Origin: Chitinophagales bacterium
GTDB taxonomy: Bacteria; Bacteroidota; Bacteroidia; Chitinophagales; BACL12
Direction: 5' to 3'
Assembly (NCBI GenBank): GCA_046160675.1
Contig: JBJXHH010000117.1
Coordinates: 11 to 64,010 of the forward strand
Length of the DNA stretch: 64,000 nt
Numbering within the stretch: the first letter of the stretch is position 1; each line of letters opens with the position of its first letter. Of this stretch, positions 9,046-17,506 are shown piece by piece. A program made the position numbers and the translations under genes. Below the pieces are notes generated by a model. The model searched no databases, was not told where the DNA came from, and was given only the letters and a program-made list of their open reading frames with translations.

Positions 9046-9051
9046 AAACAA

Positions 9052-11853
9052 TTATTGTTTCACAATGCTGCTTACTGATGCGATCTTTCCATCTACAAGC
9101 AATGTTATTGAATACATACCTGCGGAAACTTCTGAAACAGAAATACTATTTTCGCCTGTTGTAATATTTTTTTCAAAAACTTTTCTTCCTGCAATATCTT
9201 CCATCACCAGCATCATGTCGTTTGCATTTTTGTATTCAACATAAATAATGAGTTGATCAGCAACCGGGTTAGGATATAATTGTGCAAAAAAGCCGGGTAA
9301 AATATTCTCTACGGAAACTGTTTGCACATTTGCTGAAGCAGTTGCAGAACAACCGTTTGCATCTGTAACAGTTACATTATAAGTTCCTATACCAAGTCCT
9401 GTTGCGGTTTCAGTTGTTTGCCCAGCAGCATCATCCCACAAAATATCAAAAGGCGCAGTTCCACCGCTAATCACTACCGTTGCAGTGCCCGCACCTGTAG
9501 AGGTTAGGATGTCTGGAGTATCATATATGGTGATGTAATCAGGCATTGAGATAGAATTTGATCCTAACGAATTTGTAGCAATGAGTGAAACATCATATGT
9601 TCCTGGTGTTGTATATTCAATTGTTGGGTTTGCTGAAGTTGAAGATGCAGGGGTTCCTCCTTCAAATGTCCATGCCCATGAAGTAGGAGCATTATCACTC
9701 ATGTCAGTATAATGTACTGAGAAGGGTTCGCAACCGGAAACATTGTCTGCTTCAAATGCTGCAACCGGCGCTGCGGTTTCATCAACTATATAAAATTTAT
9801 CTATTGCCGCTTCACAAATATGCCCGGGTTCATCATCTCCTGTTTCCACTATTAATTGCATGTTTGAAGAAAGTGAAATGTAATCAAGAATGTCTCCTTC
9901 AAAAAAGAGCCACTCTCCTTCTTCCACCAGTGAATTATCAACTTCTACTAATACTTCTGCGCTTGATCCGTTAGAAATGGAAATAGTAAGTACATCGTTC
10001 GGAGTTCCGGAGCCGCCATCATTATCAAACCAATAATAAAAACTGATGTGAGGGTTTGAATAAGTACTCATATCAAATACCGGTGATTCTAAAAAAACAT
10101 GACCATTGTCAACATCATCATCACCTGCTGAGCCACCTTCGTTCCCGGTAACATAACATTTATTTCCAAAGTCACCGTCAACATCCTCTCCCGGGTTTGC
10201 TGATACTCCTGAAAGTTCTGTTCCTATAGGAACATCTCTAACCCAGAAACCGCTTGATGCACCGTCATCAGAAGCATCCCAGTTAAAATCAAGAATAAAA
10301 TCATCATAGTATCCTTTATTCACATACAAAGTGAGTACATCACCTGATGAAAATGCATAGTCTGGTTCTTCAGTTGTCATGTATCCCCATTTACCTCCGA
10401 ACACATCGTAAGTGTCTTCATAAATGGCTGAGAAAGAAAAATTTCCTGAAACATCAGCTGTAGTTTCATATGAAATGGTTTCACCCTGAACGAAAACAGC
10501 AGCATTAGCAACACCTGTACCGGTAAGAGCATCCACCACCTGCCCGCTGAAAACGTACGATGAAAGCGGCTCCAGCTCTACATCAACTGTAACAATGTCA
10601 CCGCTTGTGAGGCTCACACCTGTAACAGTTTCCGAAGAATACCCGGTTTTTGAAAAAGTGATATCATATAAACCTTCTTCTGCAAGCCCTGTTGCATAAT
10701 GGCCTGTAATATCAGTGGAAGTAGATGCAGAAGACGCAACAATTTCAACGGTTGCGCCAAAAATATTTGCACCACTTGATGCATCGGTAACATCTCCTTC
10801 TACATAACATGCCTGCACATAGGTAGGTCCCAAAATGAATAAACCTTCCTGCATATCACTCACAATGATATTTCCTGAAGGCAGGTAAGGCCAACATCCC
10901 CAAGCGCCGCTAAACCCGCTTCCACTGAAAGGAGAAGTGTCATATTCCCCTGTTTTTATCATGATATCAGGATATGTTGCATCGGTAATCACTACGCCGT
11001 CTGTATAATAAGCGGTTACTAAAAAGTTTCCGAAAACAAAAGTATTGTGAGGGATAGAATTTGTGCCGGGGTTTGCACGGAACTGATCAAGTTCCTTTAT
11101 GTCTGTCAAGTCGCTAACATCATAAGATGCTACTGTTGCATTAGTAACTTCATCTGTTGTGAATAAATAGTTTCCATCATCAGTGAGCCATGTATTGTGT
11201 GTGAAATTGTCTGGTGTGTTTTGAGTAGCCAGAAGTTCAGGAGATGATTTATCAGATAGATCCCAAACAGAAAACTGCCCTTCATATATGTTACCTGCCC
11301 AAAGTGTATCTCCCCTAACATAACCATCATGAATATACCAAGTATCAACCTCGCCTACAAAAACAGGATTCATGGGATCAACATTTGCGTCAAAAATAGC
11401 ATCCCCACCACCTGAAGTATTTCCACCAAATACATGAACAAAACCATTCTCATCACAAAAAACAGTATGCCCTGAAGAAAGGCCAACTCCGCCGTCAGTA
11501 AAGTTTGTTTCAACAGAACCCGGCAAGCCTGAAAGGTCAATACACAATAAACCGCCACCGCCTTCTGTAACTACATAAGCGTATTGTTCCCATGTTCTCA
11601 CTTCCCTCCAAATGCTGTTCACCCCATCTATAAATTGAACCTCCACGGGGTCAGTCGGGTCAGTTATATCAACTATAGAGGTTCCGTCTTCTGTACCTAC
11701 AATTGCATACTCATTGCCCGCCCCATCAGCCCACCCGGTAAGGTTTGCAAGCTGGGAGCTATATTCAAGTTGCCCAAGAAATTCAATATTTAATTGTGCT
11801 TGAACTGTGTAAAAACAGTATAGAGTTGTGAGGAGAAAACCGATTTTTTTCAT
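9052..11853 (-). CDS. Large LVIVD/choice-of-anchor-B-like T9SS cargo protein with extra CarboxypepD_reg-like, PKD and SprB-repeat modules
   Basis: 933 aa with signal peptide MKKIGFLLTTLYCFYTVQAQ. It has a PKD-like segment (APVAAFEADNVSGCEPFSVHYTD...GTYDVSLIATN) and a SprB-type repeat (GGTAPFDILWDD...GTYNVTVTDANGCSATA). The T9SS tail is LYPNPVADQLIIYV...GMYSITLLVDGK. Confidence 0.85.
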   Translation of the reverse strand: MKKIGFLLTTLYCFYTVQAQLNIEFLGQLEYSSQLANLTGWADGAGNEYAIVGTEDGTSIVDITDPTDPVEVQFIDGVNSIWREVRTWEQYAYVVTEGGGGLLCIDLSGLPGSVETNFTDGGVGLSSGHTVFCDENGFVHVFGGNTSGGGDAIFDANVDPMNPVFVGEVDTWYIHDGYVRGDTLWAGNIYEGQFSVWDLSDKSSPELLATQNTPDNFTHNTWLTDDGNYLFTTDEVTNATVASYDVSDLTDIKELDQFRANPGTNSIPHNTFVFGNFLVTAYYTDGVVITDATYPDIMIKTGEYDTSPFSGSGFSGAWGCWPYLPSGNIIVSDMQEGLFILGPTYVQACYVEGDVTDASSGANIFGATVEIVASSASTSTDITGHYATGLAEEGLYDITFSKTGYSSETVTGVSLTSGDIVTVDVELEPLSSYVFSGQVVDALTGTGVANAAVFVQGETISYETTADVSGNFSFSAIYEDTYDVFGGKWGYMTTEEPDYAFSSGDVLTLYVNKGYYDDFILDFNWDASDDGASSGFWVRDVPIGTELSGVSANPGEDVDGDFGNKCYVTGNEGGSAGDDDVDNGHVFLESPVFDMSTYSNPHISFYYWFDNDGGSGTPNDVLTISISNGSSAEVLVEVDNSLVEEGEWLFFEGDILDYISLSSNMQLIVETGDDEPGHICEAAIDKFYIVDETAAPVAAFEADNVSGCEPFSVHYTDMSDNAPTSWAWTFEGGTPASSTSANPTIEYTTPGTYDVSLIATNSLGSNSISMPDYITIYDTPDILTSTGAGTATVVISGGTAPFDILWDDAAGQTTETATGLGIGTYNVTVTDANGCSATASANVQTVSVENILPGFFAQLYPNPVADQLIIYVEYKNANDMMLVMEDIAGRKVFEKNITTGENSISVSEVSAGMYSITLLVDGKIASVSSIVKQ

Positions 11854-11904
11854 ATTCGTCTTAAAATTTCAAGTAAAGATAATGAATGTAGGGGGTAAAG
11901 GGAT

Positions 11905-11926
11905 GTAAAAGGTTTGCCAGCAAACC
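11905..11926 (-). terminator. Rho-independent-type terminator closing the six-gene sigma operon
   Basis: On the minus strand GGTTTGC-TG-GCAAACC (7-bp perfect stem) is followed by TTTTAC. It lies 61 nt downstream of the stop at 11988-11990. Confidence 0.55.
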
Positions 11927-11987
11927 AATTTTAACCAATAAATGACTTTTGCCGGAAACTGGTGAATGATTGTTATCCTAAAAGATG

Positions 11988-12389
11988 TTACTTATAATCC
12001 TTCAACCATGCTTTGATAGGCTCCCAATAGTTTTCTACCCACCCTTTCTCATAGTTTGCAGAAACATCCACTGGTACATTTGCATGTGTAAACTTCAGCA
12101 AAGTGGTGTTACTTTTTTGAGGGATAAATTCAAATGTAACCAGAGAGATGTGCCCAAGGGGCATTTCTAGAGCATGCCACTCTTGCACAATTTTTTTGCC
12201 TATGATAAGCTCAACATTCTTCCCAGTGATATAACCATCCCAAATATCGAATTTTCCACCTACTTTATTTGAAATTTTAGCGTCTGCTTGCATTACTTCG
12301 GCATGCAGTTTTTCCAACATGATTATATCATACAATTGTTGTGGAGTAGTATTAAATTGAATTTGTTGGGTGAAGGTTTTTGTTTTCAT
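11988..12389 (-). CDS. SRPBCC / AHSA1 (Aha1-like) domain protein
   Basis: 133 aa. The layout FTQQIQFNTTPQQLYDIIM...GGKFDIWDGYITGKNVELI..KKIVQEW...VTFEF...T.L.FTH.NVP....YEKGW.ENYWEPIK is typical of activator-of-Hsp90-ATPase-homolog-like SRPBCC proteins. Confidence 0.7.
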   Translation of the reverse strand: MKTKTFTQQIQFNTTPQQLYDIIMLEKLHAEVMQADAKISNKVGGKFDIWDGYITGKNVELIIGKKIVQEWHALEMPLGHISLVTFEFIPQKSNTTLLKFTHANVPVDVSANYEKGWVENYWEPIKAWLKDYK

Positions 12390-12399
12390 TTCCTATAAG

Positions 12400-13677
12400 T
12401 TATTGACTGATTGATAATACACATTGTTCTATTTTTTTCTGCAGTAGTTTTTTTTCCACAGGCGATGAAGTTAAACTTGAAGCTTGCTTATACATTTTAC
12501 TGGCAGTTGGAAAATCTTTTTTCTGAAAATACAGATCACCCCGGGTTGCTGATAACAAATAATATGAATTCAATTCCTGTTCAATATTCATTAGTTCTGT
12601 TAAAGCTGCATCAGCTCCCCGGATTTCTGCAATAATGACCGCCCGGTTTAGTTTAATTAAGGGTGAGGGCGATATAGCAAGTAACCCGTCGTAATAATTC
12701 AGAATGTTATGCCAGTTTGTAGAGTCATAACTTTTTGAAATACAATGCTCGCAAGCTATTGCCGCTTCAATATGATAGGTACTGATTACATTTCCTTCCG
12801 ATGCTTTTTCCAATGTTTCTATTCCTGCTTGAATCATCTCACTATCCCAAAGGCTCCTGTCTTGTTCTTTCAGCAGTAAAATATTTCCTTTACCATCTAA
12901 CCTTGCCGAAAACCTAGCCCCATGAAAGTACATTAACGCAAGCAGGGCATGTGTTTTAGGAATATCGCCCGAAGGGTGTTGCGCTAAAATTATATTCAGT
13001 CGTAATGCCTCAGCTGCAAGATCTTCACGGATCAAACTATCATTATGCGTTGAGTTATATCCCTCATTAAACAGCAGATATAATGCTTTCAAAACACGAT
13101 CTAACCTGTTCTCTATTTCGGCAACAGAGGGTATTTCGAATTGGATATCTAACTCCCGGAATTTTTCCTTCGCCCTGTATAATCGTTTGTTTATGTTTGT
13201 TTCGTTTGTAAGAAAAGCTTTTGCAATTTCCGGGATACTGAAACCACAAAGGGTCTTCAGGATCAATGCAATTTGTGATTCTTCGTTAATGGCTTCATGG
13301 CAGCATACGAACATCATCCTAAGCTGATCGTCTTTTATTTCATTTTCTGAAAAATAGTTGTTCAAAGTTGTCCCGATGGTATATTCAGATTGCAATAACG
13401 GAGTGATCTGCTTTGCATATTTTTCTTCTAGTTTTCGATGTCGCAAAAAATCAAGCGTTTTGTTTTTCGCCGCCAGCATGAGCCAGGCAGAAGGATTTTG
13501 CGGAATGCCCTTCAGTTTCCAGTTTTCCAGGGCTTTGAGCAACACATCTTGTACAATATCTTCTGCAATTTCAATATTTGTAAGCCCAAAGATTTTGGTC
13601 AATACTGCTACAATCTTTCCCGATTCATGTCGAAAAAGATGATCTATAACTTGGTTGGTTTGAGTTGAAGTAGAAAT
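12400..13677 (-). CDS. ECF42-type RNA polymerase sigma factor with a ~200-aa TPR-like C-terminal extension; the start codon is uncertain
   Basis: Sigma-2 (AEDIVQDVLLKALENW...P.NPSAWLMLAAKNKTLDFLRHRK) and sigma-4 (LILKTLCGFSIPEIAKAFLTNETNINKRLYRAKEKF) regions are followed by a helical-repeat C-terminus. The conserved IDHLFRHESGKIVAVL lies upstream of the first canonical start (TTG 13602). The frame is open back to TAA 13681-13683, so the coordinates are extended to ATT 13675-13677. Confidence 0.8.
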   Translation of the reverse strand: MSTSTQTNQVIDHLFRHESGKIVAVLTKIFGLTNIEIAEDIVQDVLLKALENWKLKGIPQNPSAWLMLAAKNKTLDFLRHRKLEEKYAKQITPLLQSEYTIGTTLNNYFSENEIKDDQLRMMFVCCHEAINEESQIALILKTLCGFSIPEIAKAFLTNETNINKRLYRAKEKFRELDIQFEIPSVAEIENRLDRVLKALYLLFNEGYNSTHNDSLIREDLAAEALRLNIILAQHPSGDIPKTHALLALMYFHGARFSARLDGKGNILLLKEQDRSLWDSEMIQAGIETLEKASEGNVISTYHIEAAIACEHCISKSYDSTNWHNILNYYDGLLAISPSPLIKLNRAVIIAEIRGADAALTELMNIEQELNSYYLLSATRGDLYFQKKDFPTASKMYKQASSLTSSPVEKKLLQKKIEQCVLSISQ

Positions 13678-13690
13678 AAATTATTTTCAG

Positions 13691-14047
13691 TTAGTTATTT
13701 TTTTTTACTAATTTTTTTGCCACCCCCTTTTTTTCCACTTTAATTTTTTTCACTATCTGCATTGATCTTTTTGCAAATTCCATCCATCTTTTAGAATGGG
13801 AAAAAGGAACCTGTATCCATCCTCCCATCGTTCTTCCTTCCATCGGTGAAAATACATGAACGCCTTTCAGCTTCATTGCTTCTTTTTCATAATCGCTTTC
13901 CATCTTAAACACAAGTTCATTCTGCCACATCATGCACACAGCCTTGCCGTTGGGGGCCTTAATACAGTCGCAACCGAACATCTTGCTCAGTTTGCCGTCT
14001 TTCAGATCTTTCGCAATTTGAAAAAAAAGTTCTTCTGATTTTGTCAT
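13691..14047 (-). CDS. Small hypothetical protein with TfoX-N/YjbR-like pattern and a Lys-rich tail
   Basis: 118 aa. KMFGCDCIKAPNGKAVCMMW.NELVFKM......LKGVHVFSPMEGRTMGGWIQVP resembles the (r)MFG..a....gk.f....d.l..K......f.P..gr.m.eWv.vP pattern. The similarity is at fold level only. Confidence 0.45.
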   Translation of the reverse strand: MTKSEELFFQIAKDLKDGKLSKMFGCDCIKAPNGKAVCMMWQNELVFKMESDYEKEAMKLKGVHVFSPMEGRTMGGWIQVPFSHSKRWMEFAKRSMQIVKKIKVEKKGVAKKLVKKNN

Positions 14048-14103
14048 ACTAATTGAAATTTAATTTTACTATCTCAGATAAAGGTAAATATCAAAAGATA
14101 TTT

Positions 14104-14466
14104 TTACTTTTCATCTTGCAGTTTTATCCAGGCTTTTACTACGCCTTCAAGTTTCTTTTTTTTCTTCTCAATATCATCCATACCTGTAAACCTCGCTACT
14201 CTTGCCAGTTTGCCGTCTCCCTCCAAAAGCCCTGATTTATCAGGTATTTTGGAGCCTGAGTGAAACAGCAGGCTCACAAATTCCTTCGCATTCATGAAGT
14301 AGGAGGCCATGTTTCCTTTGTACATAAATGTCGGTACGTTCCATTTTATATCTTCTTCTATCTTGCTGTCAGCAGCAAGGATAATTTCTCTCACCCGCTG
14401 AATTTCTTTTGTCATCGGGTGGTCTTTCTTTTTCAGAAAGTCATCAACTTTTTTATTCTTATTCAC
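14104..14466 (-). CDS. DUF1801 (YdhG-like) domain protein
   Basis: 120 aa with a GTG start overlapping the upstream stop (GTGA). VDDFLKKKDHPMTKEIQRVREIILAADSKIEEDIKWNVPTFMYKGNM is the typical DUF1801 N-terminal layout. Confidence 0.7.
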   Translation of the reverse strand: MNKNKKVDDFLKKKDHPMTKEIQRVREIILAADSKIEEDIKWNVPTFMYKGNMASYFMNAKEFVSLLFHSGSKIPDKSGLLEGDGKLARVARFTGMDDIEKKKKKLEGVVKAWIKLQDEK

Positions 14467-14831
14467 TTTTTAGAAGTTTTCTTAGCCGGTTTTGCTTTCA
14501 ATGTTTTCGCATATTTATAGCTCATGCTGAAAAAAAAATTTAATTCTTTTGTGTCCTTCAGCAAAGCATCAGGCACTGTTACATATTCTTTCAGTACAGT
14601 TCCCTGTGTGTGAAATAAAGTTGTTTTATATTTTTTTAAAAATGCCTCCCGTTCTATTTCAGGTAAACGGATTCCGCAGGAGCCAAACTTATCAAGAAAT
14701 GAAAACATGTTGCCATTGAGTGAAGTGTAAGGCATACTGGCGCCCTTGAGTTCAATGCCGGGAACTGTTGCTACCAACTTCTTGTAAAACTCAATATTGA
14801 CCGGAGTTTCAACCTGTTTGTTAGTCGGCAT
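14463..14831 (-). CDS. Small hypothetical protein, a distant relative of the 13691-14047 product, with a Lys-rich tail
   Basis: Trimmed to ATG 14831 (MPTNKQVETP...). The pattern is YTSLNGNMFSFLDKFGSCGIRLP...KEYVTVPDALL, and the tail is KAKPAKKTSKK. Confidence 0.5.
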   Translation of the reverse strand: MPTNKQVETPVNIEFYKKLVATVPGIELKGASMPYTSLNGNMFSFLDKFGSCGIRLPEIEREAFLKKYKTTLFHTQGTVLKEYVTVPDALLKDTKELNFFFSMSYKYAKTLKAKPAKKTSKK

Positions 14832-14907
14832 AGTTTGAGTTTTGTGAAATAAAAGTACAAAAAAGTAACCTCGACGAAAAAATATATGAGTTACTTTTTT
14901 TTCTAAA

Positions 14908-15279
14908 CTATTTCCTTGAATGATCAGCATTCAACTCCTCTATTTCCCGAACTTCTACAATCCCGTCATGCTCAAAAATGGGACACCCCTTTGCAATTTC
15001 CACCGCTTCATCATAGTTATTTGCAAGGCAGATAAGGTATCCTCCAACTATTTCTTTACCTTCCATGTAAGGCCCGTCAGTCAATATTTTTTTTGTACCT
15101 GTCAGTACCTTTCCTTCCTTATTTGATAAAGGTTCCGCTCCAACAAACTTTTTCTGCTCAGTAAGTGCAGCCATCCACTGCATCCATTTTGACATATGTG
15201 CCTGCCATTCTTCAGGGCTTTTCTGTTGTTCAATTCTGCGGGCATCGCCGCCCCGAAATAATAATAAATACTTTTTCAT
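14908..15279 (-). CDS. YciI-like / DGPF-domain protein
   Basis: 123 aa. MKKYLLLFRGG...W..W...L......GAEPL...GKVL........TDGPYMEGKEIVGGYLICLANNYDEAVEIAKGCP contains the DGP(F/Y) motif of the DGPF/YCII-related family. Confidence 0.8.
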   Translation of the reverse strand: MKKYLLLFRGGDARRIEQQKSPEEWQAHMSKWMQWMAALTEQKKFVGAEPLSNKEGKVLTGTKKILTDGPYMEGKEIVGGYLICLANNYDEAVEIAKGCPIFEHDGIVEVREIEELNADHSRK

Positions 15280-15413
15280 TGAATTATTCTTTTTAGTGTT
15301 ATTTATACGACTATAACGTTTAGGTAAATGAAATTAAGACAAACACGGAATACATTTGCCATGTTAAATTTACGAACATAGTTAAGCTGCTATCTTTCAT
15401 GTTGTTAACCTCT

Positions 15414-15435
15414 AATCAAAAATCGCATTTTGATT
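15414..15435. promoter_or_regulatory. Palindrome AATCAAAA-N6-TTTTGATT in a divergent promoter region (candidate operator)
   Basis: It has 8-bp perfect arms and a 6-nt spacer. It lies between the yciI-like operon start (15279, minus strand) and the DUF2911 gene start (15535, plus strand). Confidence 0.25.
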
Positions 15436-15534
15436 TTCCAAAGAGTTTTCATTTAACTAAAAGTAACAACAATTAACTAATTATATTCTTGTTCTTTGAA
15501 TAGGCTTAGATACTTTTGGTTGAAACTACAAGCT

Positions 15535-16674
15535 ATGCGAAAACTTTCTTACCTCTATTTACTTATCTCTGGGCTTACATTATATAGTAACGTTCTATAT
15601 GCACAACTAACGCTACCTCCTAGTGGAGATAACCAAAAAAGCAGTGTTTCACAAAACATGGGCCTTGTAAGTGTAAGCATTAATTATTCTTCACCCAATG
15701 TAGATGGCAGAGAAGGTAAGATCTGGGGGCAATTAGTCCCTTACGGTTTTGCGAACTTACAATTCGGAATATCCAGCGATGAGAATCCTTCACCATGGCG
15801 AGCAGGGGCAAATGAAAATACAACAATTTCTTTTTCACATGATGTTATGGTTGAAGGGAAACCGATTAAGGCTGGAACTTATGGCCTGCACATGGTTACT
15901 GGATTAGAAGAATGGATAATTATTTTTTCAAACAACTCCACCGCCTGGGGGAGTTTTTCTTACAAACCTGAAGAGGACGCATTGCGAGTAACTGTAAAAC
16001 CTGAAAAAAATGAATTTACTGAGTGGCTTACTTATGAATTTACTGACCGGCAGGCCTCAAGTTGTACGTTTGAAATGCAATGGGAAAATGTAGCCGTGCC
16101 TGTAAAAATTTCTGTTCCGGATATAAATGAAGTTTACTTTCAGCAACTAAGCAAAGAACTGCAGACTGCACCGGGCTTTGATTACAACAATTTCGTTAAC
16201 GCTGCTTTGTTTTGCGCTACAAATAAAATTCACCTGGAGACTGCATTACAATGGGCTGATGAAGCCATAACAGGGAGTACATATGCGTTTACTGCAAGGA
16301 AAGATTTTACAACTATGAACTGCAAGGCCACAGTTCTTGACAGCATGGGTAGGAAAGATGAAGCCAAAGCCCTGATGACAGAAGCCATCAAAGATCCATC
16401 TGCACCTATGCTGGCAGTGCATTTTTATGCCCGGGGGTTACAGGGGCAGAAAAAAAATGAAGAAGCCCTGGAAGTTTTCAAAATGAACTACAAAAAATTT
16501 CCGAACGATGCCGTTACGAATCTCGGATTAGCCAGAGGGTATTCTGCAACGGGTGATTATAAAAATGCTATGAAATTTGTTGATGCTGCTCTCACCTTAA
16601 GTCCGAACCCGCAGGTGAAAGCAACGTTAGAAGATGCTAAAAAGAAATTAGCTGAAGGGAAGGATTTTAACTGA
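15535..16674 (+). CDS. DUF2911 domain protein with a C-terminal TPR-like region, secreted
   Basis: ATG 15535 gives signal peptide MRKLSYLYLLISGLTLYSNVLYAQ. The DUF2911 pattern is PSGDNQKSSVSQNMGLVSVSINYSSP.V.GREGKIWG.LVPYG...WRAGANENTTISFSHDV.VEGK.I.AGTYGLHM. Confidence 0.75.
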   Translation: MRKLSYLYLLISGLTLYSNVLYAQLTLPPSGDNQKSSVSQNMGLVSVSINYSSPNVDGREGKIWGQLVPYGFANLQFGISSDENPSPWRAGANENTTISFSHDVMVEGKPIKAGTYGLHMVTGLEEWIIIFSNNSTAWGSFSYKPEEDALRVTVKPEKNEFTEWLTYEFTDRQASSCTFEMQWENVAVPVKISVPDINEVYFQQLSKELQTAPGFDYNNFVNAALFCATNKIHLETALQWADEAITGSTYAFTARKDFTTMNCKATVLDSMGRKDEAKALMTEAIKDPSAPMLAVHFYARGLQGQKKNEEALEVFKMNYKKFPNDAVTNLGLARGYSATGDYKNAMKFVDAALTLSPNPQVKATLEDAKKKLAEGKDFN

Positions 16675-16701
16675 TGAAATAAAAGTCAGGGTCAAAAATT
16701 T

Positions 16702-17079
16702 TTATCCGTCCATCCATTCATCCAGGTCTCTCCTCTCTTTTTTCGTCGGACGACCTGTTCCTTTTTCACGGAAAGCAGCAGGAAAAAATTCTTTCATTTT
16801 CAGTTTCAAAAGTTCTTCTTCAGGAGTAATATCTTCATAATATTGAGCTGCAATTTGTGCTGAAACTCTTTTATCAATTATACCTCGTACCTTGTATTTA
16901 TATTTTACCAATCCCTTTTTTATGTTAAGAACCCTTCCTGTTGTAAGCAAATAAGCCGGCTTCACATTTTCTTCATCTACCTTTACTTTTCCAGTACTTA
17001 CAGCATCAGCAGCAAGGGTTCTTGTTTTAAAGAGCCTAACCGCCCATAACCATTTATCAATCCTGCATTTATCAGCCAT
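16702..17079 (-). CDS. S4-domain RNA-binding protein (ribosome-associated Hsp15-like)
   Basis: Trimmed to ATG 17079. RIDKWLWAVRLFKTRTLAADAVSTGKVKVDEENVKPAYLLTTGRVLNI is the Hsp15/S4 signature. A -7 box inside the longer ORF supports the shorter start. Confidence 0.8.
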   Translation of the reverse strand: MADKCRIDKWLWAVRLFKTRTLAADAVSTGKVKVDEENVKPAYLLTTGRVLNIKKGLVKYKYKVRGIIDKRVSAQIAAQYYEDITPEEELLKLKMKEFFPAAFREKGTGRPTKKERRDLDEWMDG

Positions 17080-17096
17080 TGTGTTAAAATCTCCGG

Positions 17097-17104
17097 CAAA
17101 AATA
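17097..17104 (-). promoter_or_regulatory. Candidate -7 box TATTTTTG for the S4-domain gene
   Basis: Exact TAnnTTTG match, 17 nt upstream of ATG 17079. Confidence 0.4.
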
Positions 17105-17161
17105 TGTAGCATTCCATGTAATTTTGCCGGATTATCAGTAATTCAGGATAAACATTTACAC

Positions 17162-17506
17162 ATGCAAAAACCGGAAACAGCTCGGGAAATCATTTTATCA
17201 TTGAAAGATCGTTTCAGACCCGAAAAAGCAGAACCAGGCTATGAAACAGTTTTCCACTTTGATATAAGTGGAGAAAGAGGCGGGCATTACACAATAACAA
17301 TCGAGGATGGAAAAATAGATGTTGCAGAGGGATTAACAGGGGATGCGAAATGCCTGGTTACAGCTAAAGATACTGTGTATGAAGATGTAGAATGGGAAAG
17401 AACAAACCCGCAAATGGCATTTATGTTAGGGAAGGTGAAAGTAAGTGACTTGGGAGAAATGCTTGATTTTGCAGGACTCTTCTTTCGTTGTTCTAAATTT
17501 TATTAA
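17162..17506 (+). CDS. SCP2 sterol-binding-domain protein
   Basis: Trimmed to ATG 17162. The pattern is FHFDISGERGGHYTITIEDGKIDVAEGLTGDAKCLVTAKDTVYEDV..ERTNPQMAFMLGKVKVSD. Confidence 0.7.
   Translation: MQKPETAREIILSLKDRFRPEKAEPGYETVFHFDISGERGGHYTITIEDGKIDVAEGLTGDAKCLVTAKDTVYEDVEWERTNPQMAFMLGKVKVSDLGEMLDFAGLFFRCSKFY

Noticed and set aside
13691-14831. TfoX-like pattern in two small proteins, which might imply a natural-competence regulator.
   Set aside because: Only the N-terminal-domain-style pattern is present. The proteins are half the length of TfoX/Sxy, and their context (ECF42/DGPF operon) is unrelated to competence. I call them as fold-level resemblance only.
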